Positions 15,002-29,169 of a stretch of DNA of 64,000 bases are shown here, in pieces. The translations under genes and the position numbers were made by a program. Source of the DNA: Octopus sinensis (taxonomy: Eukaryota); NCBI RefSeq assembly GCF_006345805.1, contig NC_043007.1:57536001-57600000 (forward strand). The letters run 5' to 3'. The notes beneath the pieces are model-generated. The model had not been told where the DNA came from. It saw only the letters and a program-made list of their open reading frames with translations, and did no database searches. The first letter of the stretch is position 1, and every line of letters starts with the position of its first letter.

Positions 15002-15102
15002 ATATTCATATATATATGTATATATATATGTATATACTTACATATATATGTATGTATATATGTGTATATATATATGTATGTATGTATATACATATATATA
15101 TA

Positions 15103-15146
<44 letters not shown>

Positions 15147-15177
15147 GTATGTATATATGTATATATATATGTATATA

Positions 15178-15239
<62 letters not shown>

Positions 15240-15380
15240 TACACTCACACACATGTATCTGCATATATATATAGGAATATATATATGTACACGTATATAT
15301 GTGTGTGTATGTGCGTGTGTTTGTGCTTCTCTGTGTGTGAGTGTGTGTGTGTGGGTGTGTGTATGAGTGTGAATGTGTGA
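14930..15380. repeat. Long (TA)n/(TG)n compound microsatellite (representative of dozens)
   Basis: Directly visible. Similar tracts at ~6895-7330, 8520-8770, 10315-10600, 13600-14140, 17060-17440, 37620-37970, 52180-52680 and 58690-59190. Confidence 0.95.
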
Positions 15381-16363
15381 GAGTGCTTCCTTTCTTTCGT
15401 TACTTGTCTACTGTGACATCACTTCAGAAGCTCTATGTGCCATTTTCTCATAAATAACTGTCTAAATGATTCCGAATCGATTCATATATTTTTCTATTTG
15501 TACTCACACACGTGCCCGTGCACATAAACGCTCTCATATACACTCACAGACATTCATACACATACACATACGCACACATATATACTAACGCATATTCACA
15601 CATGCACAAATATGGAGTTGCACAAACGCAAATGCATAAAAGCACACATTACATTTACAAATGCGTGTGTGAGCGTGTGTCAGTTTACATAAACATCCAT
15701 GCAAATATAAAGGTATGTATATAGAAACATGCATATGATATATATATAGCATGTATGAATATTAACTACACGCACACATATAAAGAGGGAGAGACACACA
15801 CACACATATCCAAGCACACAGGTACACTCAAGAGTGTACACTCTCTCTTTATATATGTGTATGTGTGTGTGTCTGTGTCTGTGTCTGTGCATTTATGTAT
15901 TTATACATACATATATATATGTATATATATATACACACACATGAATATGTGTATATGTGCATATGTGTTTGTATGCGTGTATATGAGAGAGAGAAAGAGA
16001 GAGAAAGAGAGCGTGGGAGACAGAGGGGAAAGAGAGAGAATATGAAAAACAGAATATATTCCATGGCGATGTGTTAAATAAAAATATAACAACAGGATTT
16101 CTTAAGGCAAAGTTACACTTCATTGGTTTCCTGCTGCCTTCTCTACGATGGGTTGAAGCCAAAGAATTGAGTCTGGAGATCTGATATGATCCATTTCCGA
16201 CATGTATATGCACCGAGGCACGTACATTTGATTGTCCGGTTCAAAATTTCAAAGATTCGCTGACTACATCGTTGAACTCATCACCTATCAGCTGGCAGTC
16301 AAATACATTATCCGCTCGTGTATTAACCTCTATGCTCATAAAAAATTATTATTATTATTATTA

Positions 16364-16405
<42 letters not shown>

Positions 16406-16411
16406 TATTAT

Positions 16412-16620
16412 TGAGCTGGTGCAATCGCTAGAACGTCGTAATAAATTATTTATGATATTTTTTTCAGTCTTACATTTTTTTTTAATTCACTTGCAGCCGA
16501 AGTGAAACTTGCCTATCATGCCTCCAGTGTCGGTAAAAAATAGTACCAGTCACGTACTGGATTCAGTGGCTCCGACTATACCCCAATTAGAATTGCCGGC
16601 GTTATTCCTACATCAGAAGT
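16412..16620 (+). mobile_element. Degenerate SINE family A copy
   Basis: gagctggtgcaatcgctagaacgtcg...gtcggtaaaaaatagtaccagt...gaattgccggc. Confidence 0.55.
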
Positions 16621-17215
16621 TGTTGTTGTTGTTCTTATTACTAGCAAACCGTGTAGTCAAAATGCCGTGAGGGTTCTTAATGATAGAAAATGGCGCATCA
16701 AGACAATGGGAGAAACCTTTGATAAATGTTAGCAATCGAGATGTACATAACAACGATTTATGTACATACACAGTGAAGCACTTGAACAACCAGATATATT
16801 GTCGAAAATATTATTACCCACGTATTAAGTACCTGTGAAACCTCCGCTTTGGCATCATTTCACGAGTCAGGCACTTTCAGGTTGCCAACCGTCACTTGTT
16901 TCCAAGAACAGTAATATTTCACGAAGCCAAGGCACGGTTACGAAGTCGACTAGAAACAAAGATTACCTATTGCATGACGGTGACAATCGCTGAAGTAAGG
17001 GACATTAAAACAAAAATGCACACACATACACACAACCACCAGAAAGACACACACTCACATATATATATACATATATATAAACATATATATCAATATAGAT
17101 ATATATACATGTATAAATATATATACATATATAAACATATATATCAATATATATACATGTATATACATGTATATATATATATATAATATAAACATATATA
17201 TCAATATAGATATAT

Positions 17216-17289
<74 letters not shown>

Positions 17290-17346
17290 ATACATATATA
17301 TACACACATATGTATGCATATATATACAAATGTATATATATACATT

Positions 17347-17377
<31 letters not shown>

Positions 17378-17388
17378 CTATATATATA

Positions 17389-17434
<46 letters not shown>

Positions 17435-17440
17435 TATATA

Positions 17441-17679
17441 GATCAATAAATGGTGGGGTTGTGTTGACCGCACGTGGAGAAATGATAAGTAAGGAAAAAT
17501 TTTTTTTTAAATGCAGAATGCTCAAATGAAAGAAAATTTTAATAAAATGAGAAATTGATAAAATATATTTATATATGATAAATTGATAAAATATATTTAT
17601 ATATTTTATCAATTTCTCATTTTATTAAAATTTTCTTTCATTTGAGCATTCTGCATTTAAAAAAAAATTTTTCGTTACT
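17441..17679. mobile_element. Fold-back element in (TA)n (probable Penelope terminal remnant)
   Basis: Near-perfect ~80-bp inverted arms, 17488-~17568 and ~17598-17679. One-sided extension at 17441-17487; (TA)n on both flanks. Confidence 0.65.
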
Positions 17680-17785
17680 ATATATATATATATAAATATA
17701 TACTAAGCAATAAGGGTTCAGCAACGAATTGCCTTACCACATACCGAATTTAGAAATAGCAGTCAAAGGGTTATAGCTATTTCTT

Positions 17786-17826
<41 letters not shown>

Positions 17827-19527
17827 CTGTGTGTGTGTATGTATGCATGTATGTATGTATGTATAAAAGGAGAGTGTATAATTGGGAAAAAATCACAATT
17901 ATAACGGAGAGGGTTATAAAAACATTTACATGCCTAGAAATAGCAGTCAAAGCCGCTAAAAAGCCACTATAAACACTCACATATTTCCTCAACCATAAAA
18001 GCTGTCGGAGAGCGAAATGATATAAAACTTCCTTAAATACACCTTCCCCCATATTACGTGGAATTTACGCACCCTGTTAATATTTGGTTTGGCGGAGGTG
18101 ATTTCTGCTTCATAATGTAAGTGCTTCAGAATTGGTTATGGGTAAAAGTGCTTGTATTTCTGCATCTAAGAATAATCTCATTTAATTTAGTTTTTAAAGG
18201 TTTTCAAATTAGGTGCGTTTGATTTAGAGAATTGTCATCAAATTGGACTTCGTCCCCTTTACGCACGCACACACACACTCACTCTCTCTCTCTCTCACTC
18301 TTTCAAAATCGATTGCATTGCGCAGTGAGGGGATCACGGATGAGGATTTTAGCTAAATCATAACATCTTTCCATCTAGAGTGCTACAAAATCCTTCAAAG
18401 AAAACATAGCACACGTTGGACGCGAAAGGACAACTGTGCTGTATGGCACGGAAGAGTTAAAAATTATTCTGGAATGCAATTGTATCTCTGTTTAAGATTG
18501 CCATCTATTGAGTAGAGGCGACAGTAAATGACTGTCGGGCAAGAAGAAACATTTGTCGACTACTTCTTTAACTCTTATTATTTTTGGATACTGAGAGTAT
18601 GTGAGATCCTGTCTCTGAACCTGCTAGTTTTCAGTGCTTTATTGTAGTCGTGGATCACATTGCAGATTTCAGTAGCTGATGACATGTGTGAGACTATTTT
18701 AATAATATTACGAATCGGGCTCTGCGTGAACGACAGGAGACTATATTAATATACGTGAGTTTTGCATATGTTTCTCATTATGCATAATTAATTTAAAGTT
18801 AACATATAAAACACTTCAAATACTTACGTTGGCGGTTATACTTACTTTTAGGTCGAAAATTTATAAGGTATTGATAAAAGGCTGACATACAAACTGGTTT
18901 ATACATTTTTCTCCTTCAACGTTTAGTGAAATATTGATAAAATCTTGTATATACATTTTGTAAAGGATTGCGTGTAGAGAAACATTCTGTATTTGATAGA
19001 TACATTACTTCCAAGAAAGCCACGAGAAAGAGAAACGGAGAGTCAGAGAAATAAAATAAATAAAAGTGAAAGAGAGAGGAAACTAACAAACTATTAAATG
19101 GGCAGAGATGCCGGTACACACGAGATTTCTTCCTTCATTTGATCTTCCCGTGAAATTCCTGGTTTTTTCTACCTATCCCCTTCAGTTTATTTCATATGAA
19201 GGACACAACAACATAACACAGTCTCACGCACACATACATGCGTGCGCGCGCGTACTCCCTCACACACTCGGACACAGATTCACGCATACATGCACTCACA
19301 CAATCACACTCTTATTTAGATGAATTCATACCTCTCCCAAGCATCACAAAGTCACATCCATTTAAATTGTTAACTGGTTTATGTGCTCTTGCTTTCTCTG
19401 CTAAGCTCTACTACTCTCCCCACTCTCTCGCTATATAAATATGCATGTGTGTAAGAAGGTTAAAAAAGAAACACATTTATACGCGCAAACAACTCACATA
19501 CTCTTATATACATATATATATATATAT

Positions 19528-19923
19528 ATACAAAATTAAGAGGAATGACCACCAAAGTGGACTCTTAATATGCTAAATATAGACGTCAAATCGCCATTAC
19601 CACGAAGAGTGTGTCTCAAGAAAAAATTCCAGCAAAATGCCAGAATGTAAAAATGAGCAAGACAAATGAAAATATAAGAAATAAAAATCGATTACCTACG
19701 TACCATGGTTTCGCTTGTTAATATTTACGAATGTAAATATCTGCAAATTTCGTCTTGAGAATACACTCTTCATGGTAATGGCGATTTGACGTCTATATTT
19801 AGCATATTAGAAGTCCACTTTGGTGGTCATTCCTCTTAATTTTGTATGTTATATAATTTTTAATCTTCGGTTTTTTAATTATGCTGGTTTTAATTGATTA
19901 ATATCTATTTCTACCCTTATTAT

Positions 19924-19930
<7 letters not shown>
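19528..19930. mobile_element. Fold-back Penelope-type remnant with hammerhead-like motif
   Basis: ~100-bp inverted arms 19528-~19632 and ~19743-19847. Minus strand ATGAAGAG...GCGAAACCATGGTA (19773-19701) has palindromic stem III ACCATGGT. One-sided extension to 19930; (TA)n flanks. Confidence 0.75.
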
Positions 19931-20001
<71 letters not shown>

Positions 20002-20017
20002 ATGTGTGTGTGTATAG

Positions 20018-20415
20018 GCGCAGGCGTGGATATGTGGTAATAAATTTGCTTCCCATTCACATAGTCTCGGGTTCAGTCTCACCGCATGGCACCTTGGGCA
20101 AGTGTCTTCTACAATAACCTCGAGCAGACCAAAGCCTTGTAGTGGATTTGATAGACGGAAATTCGAAGAAGCCTGTCGTATATAGGCGTGTGTGTGTGTG
20201 TGTGTATGTGTATGTGTGTGTGTGTGCATCCTTGTATCAGTGTTTGTCTTCTCATCACTGCTTGACAACTGGTTTGGCATGTTTACGTCCCCGTAACTAA
20301 GCAGTTCCTAAGCTTAAAATATGCCCTGGGGTCGATTTGTTCAACTAAGAAACCCTTCAAGCCGGTGTTCCAGTATGGCTCCAGTCAAATGACTGAAACG
20401 AATAAAAGAATATAA
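20018..20415 (+). mobile_element. SINE family B, full length (tRNA-like head, CORE-like ggcaccttgggcaagtg, internal (TG)n, 3' tail)
   Basis: Colinear with 47838-48235. A-box-like gtggatatgtggtaa and B-box-like gggttcagtctc. Confidence 0.8.
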
Positions 20416-20530
20416 GAGTATATATATATATAAAATATCGTGTACATTAAAATACATTAAGGGCTTCCATCATAGGAAAGCCTTGTGCTAGAAAGAGCAG
20501 TAGAAAATTCTTATTACCTTAATATTATTT

Positions 20531-20586
<56 letters not shown>

Positions 20587-20587
<1 letters not shown>

Positions 20588-20755
20588 CAAAGTGAAGTTG
20601 TGAGGTACCGCATGGGTGGAAATATATATGAAAGAAGGTTTGAAAATGCAATTTTAAGATGTTTATTCACTTGACCGGTTTCACTAAAAACGTGAAACCG
20701 GTCAAGTGAACAAACATCTTTAAAATTGCATTTTCAAACCTTCTTTCATATATAT
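20587..20755. mobile_element. Fold-back Penelope-type remnant in (TA)n
   Basis: ~63-bp inverted arms 20622-20684 and 20692-20755 with a 7-nt loop. Both arms carry the hammerhead 3' half GAAACCGGTC. One-sided extension at 20587-20621. Confidence 0.75.
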
Positions 20756-21068
20756 ATATGTTTGTATGTATACACACCAGCAATATTATTTTTAGGAATA
20801 TTACCGTTCTTATCTCTATATACATACATACATACACAAATGCATACATGCATGCATACATACGTACGTACAAAGAAACACATCTGTAAGTCGATTACTC
20901 CTCTTGATATCATCTTCCACTTATCACCATCATCATCATCATATAAATATTTTACTCTTGTCTTCCAACTGGTATCATTTCTACATGACAGGTCCGTAAT
21001 TTTTTTACGCACAAAACAATAAAGTCACCTCCCAGTTAAACAATGATCCGTTTGAATGTCCATCAGCG

Positions 21069-21921
21069 GTCCGACTTTAGTTTTCCTCGCCACATCTAAC
21101 GCCACGTTGGTAAAATTCTTTGGGTGGAAAGTGACGCCACCTTCCCTGCGCAAACAAGAAACATTTCGGACTGGTAGGCCATGTCAGTTCCAGGCTGTTA
21201 CACCTAGAATACAGACGTGTAGTGTGCGCTTGTCAGAGTTTCGTTTTCACGTATGATGACCAAACTTATCGACCAGACATCATAAACCCATGTCTCATCA
21301 CAAATGATGATGGTCTTCATGGAGTTTGGGTCATAGTTTGCACAGCCCAGCATGGCCTGAACGATTTCCATGCGAAATTCCTTCTGCTGCACCGCCAGCA
21401 CCTTGGGGACGAATTTCGTCGACACTTTCAGCACGCACATATATTCCCTTAAAATGCTCTGGTTTTGTACTTATTCCCACTTCATGTGCAATTTCCTGGA
21501 TTGTTACACGACCGTCTTCCGTGGCTATTCTCCGAATCTTCTCAATCGGCTCCACGAAGTGCAGCTATGTTTGAAGCGGTTATACCACTCCTTTATCTGA
21601 GTTGTGCTCATAGCATCATTGCCAAACGTCTGCTGAATCTTCTTGAAAGCTTGAGCTTGAGTTTCACCAAGCTTTTGACAAAATTTTATGCAATATCTCT
21701 GCTCGATGAGCTCGGTTAAAACAAAAATCCGAGAAGCGCGCACTACACGTCTGTACTCTTGGCATAACAAGCACTAAATAACGTGGCCTACCAGCAAAAA
21801 AACCCCAAAAAAACGCGCATACGCAGGTCGGGTGGCATCACCTCCTGCCCAAAGGATCTTGTCCATTGGGCATTAGTTTGGCAAGAGAAAATAAAGTCGG
21901 ATATCTTTTGAACGCACCTCG
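21069..21921 (-). mobile_element. Decayed, internally deleted mariner (Tc1/mariner) DNA transposon
   Basis: Frameshifted pieces EQRYCIKFCQKLG...IKEWYNRFK (HTH), EDGRVTIQEIAHEVGIS, KFVPKVL (WVPxxL) and IIICDETWVY (first catalytic D). TIR cgaggtgcgttcaaaagatatccgactttattttc ends at 21921, with a partial match gtccgactttagttttc at 21069. Confidence 0.85.
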
Positions 21922-22469
21922 AAACCCTACTAAACACTACCAGTTTTTATTCAGAGTTACTGCCCTTTTATGAAGATAGTCTGCGATGCAGCTAGCAATG
22001 TTTACGTCTCGTCCATATATTTTTCATTTGTTGTATTATTTCATCAACTGATAGCCCTTCCTATCATCAACCACTTTGCAGTTGTAATATATACATTTTA
22101 TTTTCTGGCCAGCACTACAAGGTCTACTTCATGCTAGTTATTGATAAGCAGGTAGTTTGTGATGCGGATCCTTTGAGATTTCTAGTTCTAGAGAGGTTGT
22201 ATTTTATCTCAGTTCTTACTCGGAATTACTGCCCTCTTAGACTACTTAACTGGGCTGAAGTTAACCACACAGCGAAGATGCCATTGCAGTATACAATCCA
22301 GGTATAGTTTTGAAGTTTGCATCTTAACTATATGATTCTATCTCACTGCGCAGTTTCTTGAGCGGGTGTTCCTACCATAGCTTCAGATCGAAAAATATCT
22401 TAGACAATTGCCATATTTCGGGACGGTCAGTCGGCCAATTAACACACACACTATTTATTTCATCTTTAC

Positions 22470-22523
<54 letters not shown>

Positions 22524-22525
<2 letters not shown>

Positions 22526-23001
22526 GTGAGAAAACAGCACATGCCATCTAAGTGACACTAGGGTACAAATATACGAAGCTCAATATACCTATCATGACTG
22601 CCTGTCTGACAAGTGTACACCAGGTACATGCATCACAACTATATGTACGCGACATGGTGATCTCATATTAAGATAAACAGCACATGACCTTGCAGGTGCA
22701 TCTCAGAATTTTTTTCAAGTCAAGTGACCCATCCCGTACAAAAGGTCCCTGAATAAGATTTGTTTAAGGGTGATGAATGAAACACTCATATTTCCAGAGA
22801 TGAATTATTCAAACCCCAAAGAATCTTTCTCAAAACGTGGTTATGATGCTCCGTCACTACTTCTACTTGTGATCAGAAATACACATATCATCATCCACTG
22901 AGGAATATGCTCAACTGATTAAACTCAAGTAACTGACAAGCAAATCTGTGGTATTGAGCAGAATATTTGCTGTAGCCCACCTTTTATACCAAGACAAAAC
23001 A

Positions 23002-23003
<2 letters not shown>
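22524..23003 (-). mobile_element. ~550-bp (TTA)n-flanked unit, copy A (diverged, truncated)
   Basis: Colinear with 25250-25806 and 31880-32425; abuts the 3' end of the R4/Dong copy. Confidence 0.85.
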
Positions 23004-23041
<38 letters not shown>

Positions 23042-23109
23042 TATTATTATATTATTATTATTGTTGTTGTGTTGTTGTTGTTGTTGTTTTGTTATTATTA
23101 TTATTATTA

Positions 23110-23160
<51 letters not shown>

Positions 23161-23163
<3 letters not shown>

Positions 23164-25150
23164 TAGTTTTATTTTTATAACGTGCTTTCACTTCACTACC
23201 GAGCACATCTCTGTGTGCCTTGGGTATGTGTTGTGATTTGTTGTGATGCTCTGATGGTTATTGTATGGAAAGTGTTCTGCGTAGGATGTGTGCAGTGCCT
23301 AGTAGTGCAATTTTCTGTATGTTATATGTGTTTGTAAGTCCTGGTGTTTTTGTTATGTATTTGTCTGAATATTTTTTATCATGCCTAATGCACCTACTAT
23401 GATAGGAATTGTTTCTGTTTTTAGATTCCACATTCTAGTTACCTCTATTTCCAGGTCTTTGTATTTTGAGAGTTTCTCCATTTCTTTTAGAGACACGTTG
23501 TCATCTGCCGGTATTGATACATCAATTAGAAAGCATTTTTTTCTTCATGATCTCTGACAACTATATCTGGTCTGTTGGCCTTAATTTCTCTATCTGTGTG
23601 TATCGGCATATCCCAGAGTATGGTTGCTTTCTCGTTTTCTGTGACCTTTTCTGGTGTGTGCCTATACCATCTTTTTTCTGTGTATGTAGGTTCCGACTCT
23701 GTCATGTCTGTGAATATATTCCTTCTTAGCCAGGACTGGGCAGCCAGAGATAATATGATTTATTGATTCTTGTCCATCTCCACAAATTCTGCAGTTACTT
23801 GTTATATTTCTTTTCATTATATGTTTTTGGTAATTTCTGGTGGGGAGGCTTTGGTCTCGTGCTGCAATTAAAAATCCCTCTGTCTCTGCTTTGAGTCCTG
23901 AGCTTCTCAACCATTGCTGGAATTTTTCTTTGTCTATTTCTTTTGCATTAAGTTTAGTCCAGTATTTACCATGAAGGGGCTTTTCTTGCCATCGTTTTAT
24001 CGTGGTTCTTTGCTGTTTTAGTTTTAGTTTGGATTTCATTTGTTTTATAGCTTTTGTTGTTTCTCCATCTTCTTCTTCTTCTTCTTCTTCTTCTTCTTCT
24101 TCTTCTTCTTCTTCTTCTTCTTCTTCTTCTCTTCTTCTTCTTCTCTCTTCTATTCTTCTTCTTCTTCTTCTTCTTCTTCTTCTTCTTCTTCTTTCTTCGT
24201 CTTCTTCTTCTTCTTCTTCTTCTTCTTCTTCATCTTCTTCTTCTTTTTCATATTTGTTAGGTGGTATGATTTCTTGTTTGTATTTGTCAGCTTCCTTAAA
24301 TACTGAGAACAGTTTGTAGTTTTGCTCGTGTTTTGCCGCTATTTGTATCAGTTTTCCTTCCTTCTGAAGTAGATTTTTTTGCAGTCCTATGGTGGTTATT
24401 TTATAGTAGTTTTCCTAGCTGTATAGGCCTCTACCACCTTCTATACGTTGTATATATAGTCTTTCTATGTCAGATTTTAGGTGATGCATCCTAGATCCTG
24501 TCATTTCTTTCTTTTTCGTTTTCCTATCTATTTTGGTCAGTTCATTTAGTGCCCAGTTAAGGATATTGTAGCTGTAACTTATAACTGGGACAGCTAAAGT
24601 GTTAATACCTATTATCTTGTTTTTAGCATTGAGCTCTGTGTTTAGTATTGATCTAACTCGTCTATAATATTCTTTTTTTATTTTCTCTTTCATTTGTGTG
24701 TGTTGTGTCTTATTTAGGTCATGGATTCCTAAGTATTTGTAAGTTTGGCTTTGGTCTAATTCTTTTATTTCATTGGTTTTATCTAGTGTGATGTTGCTAC
24801 TCTTAACGAGTTTTCCTCTTTTCAGGGTTACTTTGGCGCATTTTTCTAATCCAAATTTCATATCTATTTCTTTGGTAAATCCATGAACTGTCTTTAGTAG
24901 TGTTTCCAGCTGTTTGTCATTTGCAGCGTATAGTTTTAGGTTATCCATATATAAAAGGTGGCTGATCGTTTTGCCGTAACATTTATATCCGCATCCAGTT
25001 CTATTTAGCATATCAGATAAAGGTGACAGTGTCAAGCAGAAAAGGAGTGGAGAGAGCGTGTCTCCCTGGAATATTCCTCTTCTAATGGGGATGGCTTTGG
25101 TTTTCATGAGTCCCTCTTTTGCTTGGAGCTGTAGTACTGTTTGTAGCACT
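23161..25150 (-). mobile_element. 5'-truncated R4/Dong-clade non-LTR retrotransposon (RT, CCHC, RLE), frameshifted
   Basis: RRGIFQGDTLSPLLF, HLLYMD(N)LKLYA, GGRGL, CRICGDGQESINHIISGC, RHD and ANRPDIVV. ORF ends LGTAHILRRTLS. (TTA)n on both sides, consistent with the known TAA-repeat targeting of Dong elements. Confidence 0.92.
24060..24245. repeat. (TTC)n expansion inside LINE ORF
   Basis: ~185 bp of TTC here, versus ~25 bp at the homologous site 33358-33385. Confidence 0.95.
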
Positions 25151-25184
25151 TATTATTATTATTATAATAATAATAATAATAATA

Positions 25185-25227
<43 letters not shown>

Positions 25228-25249
25228 TATTATTATTATTATTATTATT

Positions 25250-25806
25250 GAGTGAGAGAGCAGTGCATGACATCAAAGTGACACTGGGGTGAAATATACG
25301 AAGCCCAGTATACCCATCATGACTACCCGTCTGATAAGGGTATACCAAGTACATGTATCACAACCAAATGTGCGCAACATGGTGTCTCATATGAAGATAA
25401 ACAGCGCATGACCTTGCAGGTGGGGGCCTAGTTAGAATGTTTTTCTAGTCGAGTAGCTCATCCCGCTCAAAAGGTCTCTGAATAAGGATTGTTTAAGGAT
25501 GTTGAACGAACCACTCATGTTTCCAAAGGTGACTTATCCAAACCTCCAAGAATTCCTTTCAACACACGGTTATTGTGCTCCCCCATTACTTCTGCTCGTG
25601 ATCAGAGATGCACATATCGTCAGCCACTAAGGGACATGGTCAACTGGTTAAGGTCTAACAACTGACAAGCAAATCTGTGGTATTGAGCAGAATATTTGCT
25701 GTAGTCCATCTTTTATACCAAGACAAAACAATGTACATGATAACACTTCCAATCAGTTAAGATCAGAAGCCATGAGAGCCACTGTCTGGTACTGCATCAG
25801 GGCAAC
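25250..25806 (-). mobile_element. ~550-bp (TTA)n-flanked unit, copy B
   Basis: gagtgagagagcagtgcatg...actgcatcagggca, flanked by (TTA)n on both sides. Confidence 0.85.
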
Positions 25807-25903
25807 TTATTATTATTATTATTACTATTATTATTATTATTATTACTATTATTATTATTATTATTATTATTACTATTATTATTATTATTATTATCATTAT
25901 TAC

Positions 25904-25960
<57 letters not shown>

Positions 25961-28267
25961 TATTATTATTATTATTATTATTATCATCACTATTATTATT
26001 GATGTTGTTGATAGTGAATGCTCATTTGCCTGAGTTATTTCGTCACACATTCTGTGAACTCTTCAGTTACTATCTGTTCTCCGTGTCTCCACTTCTATTC
26101 CACCTTGTCCTGTCTATCCCATCTTGTCTTTCTGTAATTTCTGTCACCATCAACGTGTGTGTATGTTTGTGCGTTGTGTAAGTGTATGTGTGCTTTGTGT
26201 AAGTGTGTATGGTTTTTCATGTCACACAGTGTGCATTCGTGTCTCCGCTTCTTTTTACAATTTTGTTGAAGAGGAGTTAGCCATTACAAACTGGTAGAGA
26301 GACTCATAGACAAACTTTTCATATCAGAGACCTCACCAAAATGTAACAGTTACTTCATTTATCAACACTGAACTGTTATACTGTAACTCAACTATGTAAC
26401 GTTTGTAGCGTTTCGATGACCACCTTATTATATTAATAATGAGAGTCTCAGGGTTCTAGGGAAGAAATGCAATCGGTAGATTACTAGGTCCGTGATTTAT
26501 CGAACCACCTCTAAAAAAACAGTAAAGACTGAAATCTACCCCTATGGGGCAGATTCTAGAAATTCGTGGAATATTTTATTGCATATACTATAGAGAGCCC
26601 TTTACTGTTTCTTCTATTCACTCTGCCACTCTTTTGCTTTAAGTAACTACGGAAATATTATGATTCACAATAATGGTAACATTGAGAATAAAACTGCTTG
26701 TCGTTACCGCAATAACAACAAAGAGTACTAACGCAAAAGCAATAACAATAACGATAACAAAAACATCAATAATTTTAACAATAACAACGCACCACCATCA
26801 CCGCCACCACCACCAACAACAATAGCAGCAGTAACAACAACAACAACAAGAACAAAAATAGAAATAACCGCAAGAACAACATCAGCAATAGTGCGATCGG
26901 TCACCTCACCGTTAACAAAGTCGATAAAATCTTTTGATTCAAACAACAGGAAGTAATATCCCACAATGCTTCGTCTTTGAGTATTTCGCTATTGAAGTTT
27001 TGCTAAGAACATTAAATATATAAAATAAAATGTATAGTAAAGATAAGCAGCCTGAAGAGCCAATTAAAGGTTAGAACTAAAGACTTGCCAAGATTGGTAT
27101 ATTTAAGAGTGACATTTAGAAAGACATGCAATTAATAAAGACATCAATATATAGAGAGTCACTGGGCTTTATTGACTTTTCCTGTCTAAATTGTTTTATA
27201 AATTCTTTTATATTCAGCAGAGCAGTTGGGGTCCATATGTAACCGGAAATTCTAACCTTACAGTTAGGTTCGATTTCTTACGTATAGCATCTACAAGAAT
27301 CTTCCTTGAATCATGCTTCTTATTTACTTACAAATGGCCAATGGATTACATGCATATTGATCACGCTGCTACACAAATCTAGAAACCGAGAAAGCTAGTA
27401 GAGTAGAGTTTTATTTTTAACGATATTGTTTTTTTAGTTTAAGAATCGTTGGCCTTTCTCAGCAAATACGGTTTAAAATTTTTCTCAACTGATTTTGCGT
27501 TTAAAACTAATGTTGATCCGTCAGACGCTATAAAGATTTATTTTGGGTTAACTATGACTAACGTGTATTGCGAGCAGTAACTCCCACTGAATTATGACGA
27601 AGAGTCCCAGGAACTCCGATACAATATCATAAATGGATCTGAATCGATGTATAACAAAACAATTTAGACTGCTCACCGATAAATGACTAAGGATGAAAGC
27701 TTAGAATAACGTGTAAAATGTACGACAGAAAATTTAAGACTGAATAAAATAAAATAGGATAGTTATATACCCCAGAGTATAATTGAGACAATCATGTAAC
27801 TAGTTTCTCAGTCGTTAGAAGATGTAAAACCCTGTTGCTTTTCTTTTATTTCCCACCCGTTATTTTTACCCCGAAGAAGAATTTTGTACAAAGTGTTGAA
27901 TATTCCCCCACCCACTGGCAATTTCTCTGCATTTTCCGTCGCATTTTCATATACAATGCCACACACTGGCATATAATTAAATTGAAATAGAGATAGATAT
28001 AGGTATTTAGCTATATAATTAATACTTAGTGACGAATATTTTTTCAACTAGAATATACGATTCCGTTAAAAGCGTTAAGATTTAAACCATAGTAGCAAAA
28101 ACTTGTTTTCACTACATTTTCTCATTTGCCAATGTTCCAATGTCACCGTGACGGACCCTTTTCTTCTCGTCCTTCCGATGTCGATAAAATAAGTACGAAA
28201 TACTGTCTCCATATGAGTACCAATCAAGTACCGGACCTCGTATGTGTGCGTGTGTGCGTGTGTGTGT

Positions 28268-28465
28268 GTTTGTCCTCTCCACAGCACTTGACAACCGGTA
28301 TTAGTGTGTTTACGTCCCTGTAACATAACTATTTGGCAAAAAAGGCTGGCAGATTAAGAACCAGGCTTGAAAAAATAAGCATCGGGGTCGATTCATTCGA
28401 CAAAAATACTTCATGGCGTCGTGCTATCATGGCCGCAGTCTAATGACTGAAATAAGTAAAATAAA
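28268..28465 (+). mobile_element. SINE family B, 3' half
   Basis: cttgacaaccggtattagtgtgtttacgtcc...ggggtcgattcattcgac...catggccgcagtctaatgactgaaataag. Confidence 0.75.
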
Positions 28466-28470
28466 AAATA

Positions 28471-28516
<46 letters not shown>

Positions 28517-28629
28517 TGTATGTATGTATGTATGTATGTATGTATGTATGTATGTATGTATGTATGCATGATGCATGTATGTATGTATGTATGTATGTAT
28601 GTGTGTGTGTATATATATATATACATATA

Positions 28630-28826
28630 TAGGGAGATTTTACGAAAAAAAAAAACAAAAGACGAAGACAGGTGGTGTACAAAACAAACAGATGTATTAG
28701 TATAACGCTCAGGAATAGAAAAAGTCTTTTACGTTTCGAGCCTACGCTCTTCTACAGAAAGGGACACAGAAAAAACAAGGAGAGAAAAAAATATGTGTAG
28801 TGGCAACCGATCTATCATGGCGACTG
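28630..28826 (-). mobile_element. ~200-bp element in (TA)n with minimal hammerhead-like motif (copy 1)
   Basis: Minus strand cttt-CTGTAGA-A-GAGC-gtag-GCTC-GAA-ACGT-A-aaag (28761-28726). Inverted homolog at 37429-37621. Confidence 0.75.
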
Positions 28827-28942
28827 ATATATATATATATCTTAGAGAGGGAGAGAGAAAGAGTGTTTATATGTATATTTATATATTTATTCTTCAAGTA
28901 TCTCTGTCTGTCTGCTTATCTATCTACCTGTCTTTCTGTCTA

Positions 28943-29037
<95 letters not shown>

Positions 29038-29119
29038 AATGTGTATGTGTGTGTGTGTTTTTCTCTGTGCGTGTGTATGTGTGTGTGTGCGTGCCTATTT
29101 CTCCGTGTATGTGTGTGTA

Positions 29120-29169
<50 letters not shown>

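Noticed and set aside
5346-17612. Dozens of ORF-track entries rich in YI, CV, HT, poly-I/L/N
   Set aside because: Translations of (TA)n, (TG)n, (CA)n and (TAA)n microsatellites that lack stops in some frames. No domain content. The same applies throughout the window.
26728-26964. Membrane-protein-like ORF
   Set aside because: Antisense of an (AAC/ACC/AGC)-rich low-complexity tract.
27590-27635. Hammerhead-like atgacgaagagt...actccgatac
   Set aside because: Core is broken at several positions and stems I and III are not formed; at most a decayed relic.
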